Positions 25,701-34,926 of a DNA stretch of 64,000 bases are shown piece by piece. The stretch's first letter is position 1. Each line of letters begins with the position of its first letter. The position numbers and the translations under genes are program-made. Source of the DNA: Phoronis australis (taxonomy: Eukaryota; Animalia; Phoronida); NCBI GenBank assembly GCA_002633005.1, contig NMRA01000026.1, positions 701,816 through 765,815 of the forward strand, read 5' to 3'. The notes under the pieces are model-generated. The model worked only from the letters and a program-made list of their open reading frames with translations, did no database searches and had not been told where the DNA came from.

Positions 25701-26978
25701 TGTATGCCGTCTGCTCTTCATTTCAACCACAACTCTTACCCACGTTACTCGTTCACCTGCCTCCCTCCCTCTGTATGATGTCTGCACTGGACAATCTTGT
25801 TAGTGACCCATCCTGGACATGTCTAGTACCTAAACTGACCACTTGGCTTCTCCACTTGAAACGCAACTGTCAATCAAGAAAGGTCCTTGCAATGGTGCAT
25901 GGTAAGTTTAGGAATGTGCACCTGAAGGGACATGTTACTGCCTGACTGCTCACGGATTTGCAGTACAATGCCTTGACTTGTGACCTAAAAGAACCTCCCA
26001 TTGGAAAAGTACTCAAAAGAATACACTGTTGAAACTTTCAAAAACACTTTACTCAAGTGGCCAGCCCGCACATTTGATAATATGCTCCAAGTTATTTATT
26101 TCTCTGCACATTTTGACTGCAATTCTATTTATTGTGTCTATGATAAAAGATAGACTACAGTGTTAAGCTATCAACAACATAGTAAAACTTGTTTGTCTTC
26201 TCAAGTGTTTCCATGGTGTCTGGTCAGTGTTTAGGAGATCCTCCTTTGATTTTAGAGTTGAGTATGAAAGCACAACAGTCATTTCGCATGCATGGGGCCA
26301 GCAATTTTGTTACTTGTAATTTTCATTGAACCTACTTCTGGTTCAGTCTTACAATTTAAGACCTGTCTAGATGTCATGCTATTGCCATAGTAACATGAAC
26401 ACTCGAATTAGAGTGAAAATGGTTTTGACACGTTACAAAACTAATGAACCTGGAGATCCATCTCTTCTGTTCCAAATTGGACATAATACATTCTGTGTTT
26501 AAACATTCTTAACTTGCAAGATCACGCAAGATTTTGCAAAGTGGCACGCGTGAAAGGCAAGTCTTTTGCCGAGTAAGCTGGAGACCTTACCCGTACACAT
26601 ACCAATATTAAAAATGATTTCCAGGCATGGTTGGAGTGTTGAATTTTGTGAGTAAGTCGGTAACTAAAAATTGATAATTCCGTTTCATAAGATTTTTCAT
26701 CGCCAGTGTCTTGCAAATGTCTTGCATTTACGGAACTCTTCCCAGTTTGAGTCTCGTTCATATGATATTGGGAACACCTGACGTGTTCTGGTGCGACCTC
26801 CGAACGTCATGCCGTACTCTAGGCATTCATTGCCTGCTGGACAAAGAGTGTGTGATCTGTTGTGCAGTGGTAATGCCTCTCATTTTATTGTTCGTCTTCT
26901 TTTGTAGAATCTCTTCTGGCGCTGCGAAGTTCTGACTACTTCAAGAAGGAAGAGGTATGGACCGAAGTCTATCAGTGA
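7513..26978 (+). CDS. FOCAD: Focadhesin-like protein, 3' part of a multi-exon gene (5' exons not identified in the window)
   Basis: Phase-consistent exon chain: 7513-7749 (or its copy 8997-9233), 11524-11594, 12711-12855, 13539(or 13557)-13676, 14523-14642, 15449-15517, 17011-17164, 18199-18288, 20231-20335, 20977-21092, [missing exon(s), probably in the N gap], 23852-24042, 25075-25234, 25640-25901, 26908-26978. Peptides match recalled human FOCAD motifs: PSSYKYLPEGS ~ PTDYSYLPESS, LPPINWMSVLNPIMR ~ YPPVNWAALLSPLMR, DWLVELIGHVKNV ~ EWLLELMGYIRNV, LLALRSSDYFKKEEVWT ~ LLSLRVLPEFKKKAVWT. Confidence 0.85.
7908..8203. repeat. 43-bp minisatellite, ~7 units (TTGAGTATATTGATAACAAAACAATGGTATGAACATCCATTAC)
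   Basis: Direct reading; unit starts at 7914, 7957 and so on. Truncated by the N. Confidence 0.95.
8997..9233 (+). CDS. FOCAD: FOCAD-like exon (copy 2, near-identical duplicate)
   Basis: Same splice sites as copy 1. Differs by S>G, D>E and a few silent changes. Confidence 0.7.
9262..10350. mobile_element. FB-A foldback/MITE copy carrying the minisatellite
   Basis: Starts ...caaggtcatggccttattgaca and ends ...gtcaataacatcttacgtaaccgcaa. The arms are imperfectly inverted. Confidence 0.55.
9393..9778. repeat. 42-43-bp minisatellite, ~9 units (variant ending CATTAA)
   Basis: Same unit with A instead of C at the last position; some units lack one A. Confidence 0.95.
11524..11594 (+). CDS. FOCAD: FOCAD-like exon MTSCIQACVHLYKDSCFSSDLSR
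   Basis: tttcag acceptor, gtatgt donor. Phase 0-2 fits both neighbours. Confidence 0.65.
12030..12145 (+). mobile_element. Degenerate tRNA-derived SINE head
   Basis: A-box-like tggtgtagtg and B-box-like ggtttgagtccc, followed by gacccttgagtcagg, which resembles SINE central-domain starts. I could not find a complete cloverleaf. Confidence 0.4.
12711..12855 (+). CDS. FOCAD: FOCAD-like exon PPGMYTGMVVILRAMY...KDASE
   Basis: tttcag acceptor, GAG|gtattc donor, phase 2-0. Confidence 0.7.
12998..13028. mobile_element. 31-bp hairpin micro-element CTAGGAACCAGT-N7-ACTGGTTCCTAG with 7-bp TSD
   Basis: Perfect 12-bp inverted arms. Flanks GTTAATC / GTTAAGC (6/7 match). Confidence 0.65.
13539..13676 (+). 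CDS. FOCAD: FOCAD-like exon (AVFFLQ)ELYECTAAVVSLALISNIL...SANPK
   Basis: Two in-frame acceptors (exon start 13539 or 13557) and donor gttggt. Phase 0-0. Confidence 0.7.
14215..14440. repeat. Degenerate (ATTGT)n pentanucleotide repeat
   Basis: ttgtattgtattgtattg runs, with interspersed gtgcagaa variants. Confidence 0.9.
14523..14642 (+). CDS. FOCAD: FOCAD-like exon NTGLCLAIGHISLAC...WQAHILK
   Basis: ttcag acceptor, AAG|gtactg donor. Resembles recalled TSGFALALGNIVHGL. Confidence 0.75.
15449..15517 (+). CDS. FOCAD: FOCAD-like exon GDSTLACLNGLAALVGGDWIVSG
   Basis: tttacag acceptor, gtaagt donor. Resembles recalled CLAALHGMVALVGS. Confidence 0.75.
17011..17164 (+). CDS. FOCAD: FOCAD-like exon GLLDLSTVKK...AQGHALWLLVNIYVS
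   Basis: tgcag acceptor, G|gtaaga donor. Resembles recalled LQSNAVWLLGHLHLS. Confidence 0.8.
18199..18288 (+). CDS. FOCAD: FOCAD-like exon ATATAAPSSYKYLPEGSVLKAAMDLLMSR
   Basis: ttacag acceptor, G|gtatgt donor. Contains the conserved YxYLPExS motif. Confidence 0.85.
18975..19605 (-). mobile_element. 5'-truncated non-LTR retrotransposon 3' end (RT C-terminal CCHC region; RTEX-like, clade uncertain)
   Basis: Minus-strand peptide KPKLRT...(frameshift)...RSLLAQLRTGNLPLHLETG...ERLCLCCDSGSVEDELHFVFDCSLY. It is followed by a short 3' UTR, AATAAA and a (TAC)n-like tail. Confidence 0.8.
20231..20335 (+). CDS. FOCAD: FOCAD-like exon ...IVLPPINWMSVLNPIMRTSP
   Basis: ttttgcag acceptor, G|gttggt donor. 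Contains the PPxNWxxxLxPxMR motif. Confidence 0.85.
20977..21092 (+). CDS. FOCAD: FOCAD-like exon SSVQTQCITVALQQMPTSPSAAQFVFSWALPPQLDSLN
   Basis: tttcag acceptor, gtgagt donor, phase 1-0. Confidence 0.8.
21385..21677. mobile_element. Possible LTR (TGTAAC...GTCACA) abutting the gap
   Basis: 293-bp segment with TGT...ACA inverted termini and AATAA-rich sequence near its right end. The right flank is N, so a TSD cannot be tested. Confidence 0.3.
21678..22362. other. Assembly gap (N run)
   Basis: 685 Ns, followed by a CCT/CCCT polypyrimidine repeat (22363-22450). Confidence 1.
23852..24042 (+). CDS. FOCAD: FOCAD-like exon LYEVLAECLSYLPD...VRSMSN
   Basis: ttccag acceptor, AA|gtgagc donor, phase 0-2. 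Confidence 0.8.
25075..25234 (+). CDS. FOCAD: FOCAD-like exon ...KQDWLVELIGHVKNVVAETKDDKLHE, ending at a GC donor
   Basis: ttttatag acceptor (phase 2). GAG|gcaagt donor gives the phase 0 needed by the next exon. Confidence 0.8.
25640..25901 (+). CDS. FOCAD: FOCAD-like exon VYLLVVCTALCSW...DPSWTCLVPKLTTWLLHL...
   Basis: tttcag acceptor, G|gtaagt donor. 87 open codons. Confidence 0.8.
26908..26978 (+). CDS. FOCAD: FOCAD-like terminal exon ESLLALRSSDYFKKEEVWTEVYQ*
   Basis: ttttgtag acceptor, phase 1, TGA at 26976-26978. Matches the recalled FOCAD C-terminus. Confidence 0.85.
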
Positions 26979-27373
26979 CCTGTCGGGGTGGTGTTTAGGA
27001 AAGGTTATTTAAGGTCATGTAGGAGTCTAGAAAAATGTCCAAATTTGGCTAAGTACGAAACATCATATTCCAAAAATGAGTGATCGGATTTGCGTGAAAC
27101 TTTTGCATACCATGCTTTGTGCAAATGAAATTTAACCACATTGTTGACTCCATTGTTTTGCTGTAACTTTCTTTTTGGTAAATTTTATTAAAAAGATATG
27201 GTAACATGACCCAGTTAATGATAGGTTGGTATAAAATCAAAAATTGCAGACTTGTAGATGAGATTGCTTAAAAGGGTTTTGTTGCCAAGGATTTTATTTT
27301 TGAGGAAAAACGTTTAGTGTGTTGTCACCGTCATGTCGTGAACACATCCACTAAAACAAGAAACTGTAGGAAC

Positions 27374-28738
27374 ACCGCATTTATCCACCTTCACTCTTAT
27401 CAGGCTTCTATTGTGAGTCAGCATGCGTGAATAATTGGCTGATAAGCCACCTCTGGAACTACTTTGGGCTGAATGGATGACCAGGCCATAAAATGATAAT
27501 TAGCCAAGACCAGTTACTATAATGCAACAAAGAACAAGTAATAATGTCTTGCATCACCTAGCCTTGGTGGAAAGCTGTATACTGTATTGGCTCAAACAAA
27601 CGCTTAGAAAAATTCATTTCACGGGGAGGGGACGCTTATTGTAGTGAGCCTACGGCAGTTGAAACCCGGTTTCCCAAACGGGTAAAATCGGAAGCTAGGA
27701 TTCATCAAATTTACGCTCTGTGACGTATTTGTAGCCTATGACAGCCTTTCTACAAAATTGTGGTGCATTGCTATCAACTTCCGTTGTTAAATTACAATAA
27801 TTTTTCAAAAAATTGTGCTCATCACAGGGCGAAAACTTGCCGACTGATGCGTCGCTGAATCGCGATCGTCAATAGGAAAACTTGTACTCTTGAATAAAAA
27901 TATAGTTTCGACTCAACAAATTACCTGAAATCTTCCTGATGTTTTACAATTTTTAAAGTTCCTGTGGAGTCCAGATTAATTGCGATTAAGTCCAAATGTG
28001 CACTACATCGTACTCCACAACACGAGAAAAATCTCTGGATGAACACACATGTTGTTGTCACGTGACGTTTGTTTTGAAGGTCGCCTGCGTATGAAAGTGA
28101 GTGAGCGTGCGTGTGCGGGTCATCGACGATGGACTTTTTTGTTACAAAAGGCGGAGGATTATGCAAGAAAATGGTGTTTACTAGATTGTTTTTCACTTAA
28201 ACGGCTGTAACGTGCAAGGTGAGTGCGCTCGCAGAGTCACATCTCGGAAGTTTCCGGTTTGACGGATGACAAAAAACGATCTCAATGAAATTACACAAAG
28301 TCGTTTTAGAGCCTGTAATAGCTATACAAAACGTATTTTGAGTATTTAAATGCATTTTTTCCAAAACCTAAATAACACACGGAGTAGTTCTACATTTATA
28401 CAATCCTTACTTGGGTCCTATATTTTTGTATTCGTGCGCGCCGAATGAAAGTAATCGTGAGTGTTTCTGTGTTGCAAAATCTCTTATCCTGGGCCGATTT
28501 GAAAAATTAAAAGTTGTATTCGTATTTATTTTCGCTCCTCTTTTCAAATATTACAGTAAAAACTACGTAAAATTCGCTCCATAAAAAGTACAGTTGTTAG
28601 GCTAGACTGTAATCAGCTGATTATATCCGCATGAGCGAAGTCAATTATCCTCGCTCGTGACTCGATGAATAGAGCAGCTTGGCGGCATCCCTTTGAGCAT
28701 GAGCCGAGCGCGTCTCAGCCAAGGTGGATAAATACGGT
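27374..28738. mobile_element. Non-autonomous TIR element, ~1.36 kb
   Basis: accgcatttatccacctt (27374) and aaggtggataaatacggt (ending 28738) are inverted. There is a sub-terminal inverted match tcagcatgcgtgaataattggctgat / atcagctgattatatccgcatgag. No ORF. Confidence 0.55.
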
Positions 28739-29099
28739 CTAGTTCAATTTTCCATACCCCGCCGTTTACCTTAAACACCGGGGTTAGAACCAATTTTATT
28801 TAGTGGGAATGTTCATAGCATGGTGTATATGGGCGTGTTTGTGGTTATGAATAAATATTTGTTTTTTTATTATTTTTTTTATTTATTCTTAGCACTCCTT
28901 GTACACCACCAGCCAATATTTACTCAAAGGAGAATGCCACCGGATTTAATTAGTCTTTTTTGCCTTCTTAGTCGGTCTATATCCACATTGCCTGCATACG
29001 GTCGACCTTACCTTGCCAAGAGGTGTCGCGTTAACCTGTGAGGAAGGTGAGAAACGACGCTAGCGACGTCAGCGGTTCACATGCAGAGTGAATGCCGCT

Positions 29100-29295
29100 A
29101 TGTTGCAGTGCATCGTTCCCGCTTGTCCAAACTAAGCAGCTGCGAGGAAAGCGGGTATATCGTTTTCTTTACTTCCTCGAGAGTCGGAAATGCTTAGGAA
29201 TTGGCTCATGGTAGTGAAGAATGAAAGGTACGCTGTAAATGAGGCAAATGACTCCATACGTTCCGTTGTCTGAGCTTGTTCAAGGCGCCTCTCTA
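29100..29295 (+). pseudogene. Degenerate THAP zinc-finger coding remnant (transposase-type)
   Basis: Frame reads MLQCIVPACPN*AAARKAGISFSLLPRESEMLRNWLMVVKNER...V*ACSRRL. This matches the THAP pattern MxxCxVPxCxN..GISFxxLP...W, with two stops. Confidence 0.6.
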
Positions 29296-30622
29296 GTATT
29301 TCTTCATTACTGTATTCCTGTTCGAATTGATAGCCTGTAAAACTTAACGATCCACCTGCGAAGTCGGGACTGATGAGATCTAGCTCGCCCTAAGTCGGGA
29401 TTGCGAGTTGCCATCATATTGGCTTTTTTATTGAGCGTTCTGTTTCAAAATGAATTATTCTCACCCTAACCAATACTTATATAAAAATGAAACATAGTCT
29501 GTCTCATTAGATGCAATTTGTAATGCCTTTGGAGTGTTTGTGTGTGCAAATCATTTGAGAAGCTAGCAATGAATAAATCACTTCGTTACAAGCGGCTTTC
29601 CTAGGTGCAATAAAACTAATTGACGGGACACCTAGAGAGGCTGTGTGAGCTCATGCTAATTTAGTGTTTGCTGACAGAAACTGTTGTGAAGCAACTCGAT
29701 TTCCATCCCACGGCCAGGTGTTAGGAGAATCTTTATTTACATTTAAATTACTCAAATAATGATTGTCAATGTACAACTTCTGCCCTGACGGTGCTGTGGC
29801 CAAAGCGGAACCAGTGAGTGAATTCGCGACTCCGACGAGTAAGTAGATTTGCAGTTTCGTGGCTAATTCACCAACATAATCAGATGCACATTACTTTGGC
29901 TCACTAGTATAGTATTTTCTTGACTGGAAGTTTAGTTTCCACTGAACTTTGGCTGGTTTATGTTCGTGATGTCTGATCAGTTTCCGAGCCACTGGCGGGA
30001 ATAACCAGTCAATCCGGCCGGCCGCGACGGGCCTGATCGGGCTCCGAGCCACTGGCCAGGAGAACAAGCGTTTTGTGTGTTTAGAACGCAAAAATCACAA
30101 GTCTAAACAACACAGATCTAGGTACTCCTGTCTGTATGTCACGGAAAATACTTCGAAATTATCTCCGAACAGACCCCCAACTCCTGCTACGGACCTTATT
30201 GGCCTGCCGAGCTTTGTAGGCTACGGTGTGTCCAAATACCAATAAATCCGTAAGAGCCAAATAAAACAACACTTTTTTATAAGAACTCGATGTATTTTTA
30301 AGGGTTTTACATTGAAGTTTGATGATTTATTGGAGTTAAACAATGACTTCAAGCGATAAACTGACACCAGTAACCCGTGTTGTGAACTGCTGAACAGACT
30401 GCGCGAGAAACCGATGACGTCATTGGATAATTTCAACACCTCCATCTGCCGTCAGGTGTCAGGTAACGCAACCGTACGTGTCGTTATGGAGTAGAACTAC
30501 TCGATCTAAACTGATACAAATTAGGTTTGTTTTTGGGTGGCATGCTTCTTTAATAACTCACACTGTGTGCTTGTGTTTTATAATCAGTTGTAATGAAAGA
30601 AAATACAAGATTATTGTTCAAC

Positions 30623-30651
30623 CTAGGAACCAGTTACTTAGTGGTTCCTAG
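30623..30651. mobile_element. 29-bp hairpin micro-element CTAGGAACCAGT-N5-AGTGGTTCCTAG with perfect 7-bp TSD GTTCAAC
   Basis: GTTCAAC at 30616-30622 and 30652-30658. Same arms as 12998-13028. Confidence 0.7.
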
Positions 30652-33600
30652 GTTCAACATATCATTACATCTTGGTATCTCTCAAGGAGCCAAAAAATTA
30701 GCAAAGTTGGTATTAACATTTGAGATGACTTTAATTGATGAAAAGCATGCTTACTTCATTGAAAGCAACTGGAATATCAAATTTACAATACAGATGACAT
30801 GCCAACAAATGAGATTCACCTAATCAGCAAAACTCAAAAAGTACTGTACCAGTTCAATCATTAACAGACGAAATCTTGTCATTTTAGTATGCATATCACT
30901 TTTAAATTTGTAGAATATGTGCAGTGTTCGAAGGCAAGTATTGCCTTAAATAATACGTATGCATGCAACTTACTTAGTGCCGTGGTTATACGTTTTCTAG
31001 TCACAGTTTATGTTCAATATCCTTCAGCCCTGTTTGAAAACGTTTAAATATGCGACTTCATTACCAACCGATTAGGAGCGGAGCACTAAACAATCTCTAC
31101 GCCATTTTGAAAATGAAATAGTCTAACGGTCATTTCTGTACAAAAAGTAAAAGGCATGATTCTAAGCCAAAATCATTGTTTTACTTTATTGCAACCCAGA
31201 GGGTGGCTCCGGCGGCCATGTTTTTGATGGGGTGCATCTAAAAAATAAGATAACCCACACATTTAGTGAATGGCCTGAAAAGGGGATTCATTTCATTCCG
31301 AGTGTTGCCGGGGATCATGCCATGAAAACTGAAGTCGCTCTTTGTTATGTCCTAGAAATGCCACCTTAGTCATCGGCAATGCCGCTACATCGCGTTTCTC
31401 TTGGCTTGCATTGAATGCTTCTGCCGATAGGATTGCAGCAGGTACATTTCACAGCGCCTGAACTTTTGTGACTGGCTCATTTGCCGGGTTTTGGGACTTT
31501 GGAACAGATATGCCGGTGTAATGACCGCTAATTGTTCGTGCCAACATTCTTTCCCGCCCATTTTAGGCACTGTGGACTAAAAAAACTAAATCCATCGTTG
31601 AAAATTGAACTTGATTACTGTTTGAAGAGTAGAAGTATGTTTACTAAACAGAGAAAGCTAAATAACGCGCACTGCAACTACCGGTTTGTCTGTTGACATA
31701 TCGCAACCTCTATAGTGTAAACTGCCTGAGCAACACAATAAGACGATTTGATCTTATTTAGTATCATTAAAGAATGCAGTAAAAATTGAATGGTGGAGTG
31801 CGTCATGGGTTAAATTCCATGAACGCAATCTTTGGCAGGGACTGAACACTGTAACTTAAGACTTGAAAAGCTACTAGAATAGAAGCAGTGTTGACAAAAA
31901 TGAATCACCTTTTTGTATGACAATTTTTTTAAATAAAGATAAATCCTTTTGTAGATTGGTGTAGATGAAAAATGAGCCGTGCGTATAATTTCAAACACCC
32001 AAAGTGAACTCTCTTGTTATTTTGTCAGAAAAAAACTTTCGGTTGGTAGACAGTGTTTAGTGGTTGTGAAAAAGTCGGCCTACTGAGCACCGCGTCTCGT
32101 GTACATGTACCTCGTACTGTTTAGTTGTTTCTTAATGAATCGATTTCATTTTTCTTTCCTTATTTTGAAATACATATCCATCATTTTTTTACCACTAACC
32201 ACGTCACTTGGCCTATTTTGACATGATCTTAAAATTCCTCGCCTGGAAATCGGTTGTTTCACTATTTAAGGCGGTTAACCAGTTCTATGACGCATGCACG
32301 ACACATGCACATGAAGAAAGTAGGGACGTTGTCTTGGTCGACTAGTGTTGAATCCAACCCTTGACACAGGCATGAATTTTCTCGCGATGAAGTCTTTCAC
32401 TGACTTTCTAGTCAAGCGCGAAAACTAAAAGTGATTTTCGGACATGTTTCGTTATGTTCATCGGGCGATTTAGGAGTGCTACTCAACTCTCCCCCGAGGC
32501 CCGACAAAAAAACGCCGCCGACATACTGTTTAAGGGCTGGGCGAATATTTTCCTTGAGAAAATGTGGTTGTCCCTTCCTAAAGCCTTAGACCGTCCGGAG
32601 GCGTAATAAATCATAATAGGAATTTCACGTGATCGAAATCGTGACTTCGCCATTATTTCCTAAACCAACACCAGCTTGTAATATCTTGTTACTGGTGATC
32701 AGATTATCACATGTAGTAACTAAGAGGAAACGCGCGGCATTATCTTCTAATATCGGATATCAAAAGGTCTCCCAACCAACCATTTCTGCAATGGTAACTG
32801 TACTGTATTGCGTCTACTTTCCTGTCTCGTAAATTGTATATTTGCTGATCTATCATTTCAGCGGACTCACGAAGTGTGATTTTTTTCAATGCAACACCAT
32901 TAGAGGTTGGTAAAGCTGGTTCTTGCTTTACTTGGGGATTGATCAGCCCACCCCAATACGTCACGTAATGTTTTGAGACGGGTGTGAGGTGACCTATAAC
33001 TGTTAAATAATTCTGTTAATGTGTATAACCGCCCATCCCAAACTTAATGAGTCACGCGAAGGGCGACAACCGAACACCCCATCATTACAAATAGCTTCCG
33101 ATTCTCAAGGTACTTTGACAGGGAGGGGGGGTGGGGGTGTTGCTTGAAAATTAGGGTATATGCACGTTTTGAGGATGAACTTGAAAAACGACCAATTTGC
33201 TCAGAGCTTCAGTGAAAAAAATCTTTTCCTGGACTTTCGTTCCGTAAACACTGCATCTTTTTAGAGATTTTCATAAAAAAATTCACAAACCTAACATTTT
33301 CGTGGGGATTCTTAGTTTTTCAACCCATAAAACCAAGAAGAGGCTCTACGATGTCATTGCAATGGGACTTTAGATACATTTATATTAACTAAATAATATT
33401 TTCCTGATTTTCCAATGTGCACAACTTCTACTCACACGCCACACGTGTTTGCTCTAGTAGATGGAAGTAATAATGAAAACAGTGTAGATTTTAGTAGTTG
33501 GGGTTGTAGCCTTTTTTGCCATCATGGTGAACCCTTTTATTGGGAATTGAATAGAACAGACACTTTCTGAAATCAGCCCGATATTTCTGTGTAGTTTTAT

Positions 33601-34926
33601 GCACGTTAATTCACGATCAACCCGACGTTGTCTGCGACTAACGCAAAGGTGACTATTTAACTCCATTAACTGTGAATCACGTGATCGGCATCAGACAATG
33701 CGCCTCCAGTTTCAGTGTTAAAATGCTTTAATTGCACTCGGATAAATGTACTGTCATATTGAAATACTAAACTAAGGAAGGAACCTAACTACATTACATC
33801 GACTGTCCCGACCGCAATGCGTTGTTTGGAACAAAAATCGAAAATTAAACGCCGAGTGTTCGACGGTTGACATAAAACTACGCTTTCCCACTGATGTTGT
33901 TCGAGCAGGATTCCAAATTTCGAAACACGATCAGGACTTGGAATGACCTACGACAAAAAAGAGGAAAAATTTCCGGGTGATGTATCGAGGCTTATGCGGT
34001 AGAAATATTGTTGTGTGAAATTTACCTGAAATAAACGTTTTTGCATGAATGAAGTCAAAATCAAATAAGAAAATCGAAACCAAATAAGAGGAAATTCTCT
34101 TAAAAGGGGAAAATTTCAAGTCCTGCACGTTATCTCAAGAAAGAGTCCACACAGATTTTAACTTTGAGTTTTGTGACAGCATAATGTTTTAATGTGGAAG
34201 TCATGCCTCAGATTTTTGTAAAGCTTTCTCGTGTTTGATTTAAAATCGATAGTTCTGAACATTGAACGTATGTTTGATGAATGATAGTGAAAGAAATTTG
34301 CCCTTACAACGAACCTTTCAAAAAACGACATTTTTACCAAACACACATGGTCACATGATCATGAGAATGACCAAATAGATTTGCCTCGACTTCTAGTTTC
34401 AGAAAATGTGTACTTTTATGGGTTGATAGTCGCTAGTTGCTTAGACATCCAAGAGGAAAACATTTTAATTAGGCGTACTCGTAGTATCAACCTTGATTTC
34501 AGCGAATGTCGGGCAGACATCAGCGAACATGGGCGATTTGTAACAAATTCTCAAAATCACAATGGATTTTATTGTTTCATATCTCTGGTCCAAGCTAATA
34601 ACTTCAGAAAGTCTACCCCATTCAGCAATAATCACCGAATTGCGTTTCTCGGCGGCAAAAACGATAATGTCTATTTCAGTGGCATGATGGTGTTGCAGAA
34701 CAGATGAAGAAATCATTTCATCCTTTATTCACCAGATAACAGCACTATATTATGTAAAAAGATTGTAATGGCGTTAAATACTTTGCAGATGACCGATGAT
34801 GAACGGTTTAATACAAATACCCTATAAGTGTCTTCCTAGAATGTATCAACAGGCACAGGTGGGCTTTCGGAAAGCTCGCGCTCACGCGCTTACGTAGGCA
34901 CCAATCACCACTCAGTTCAGTGGCCA

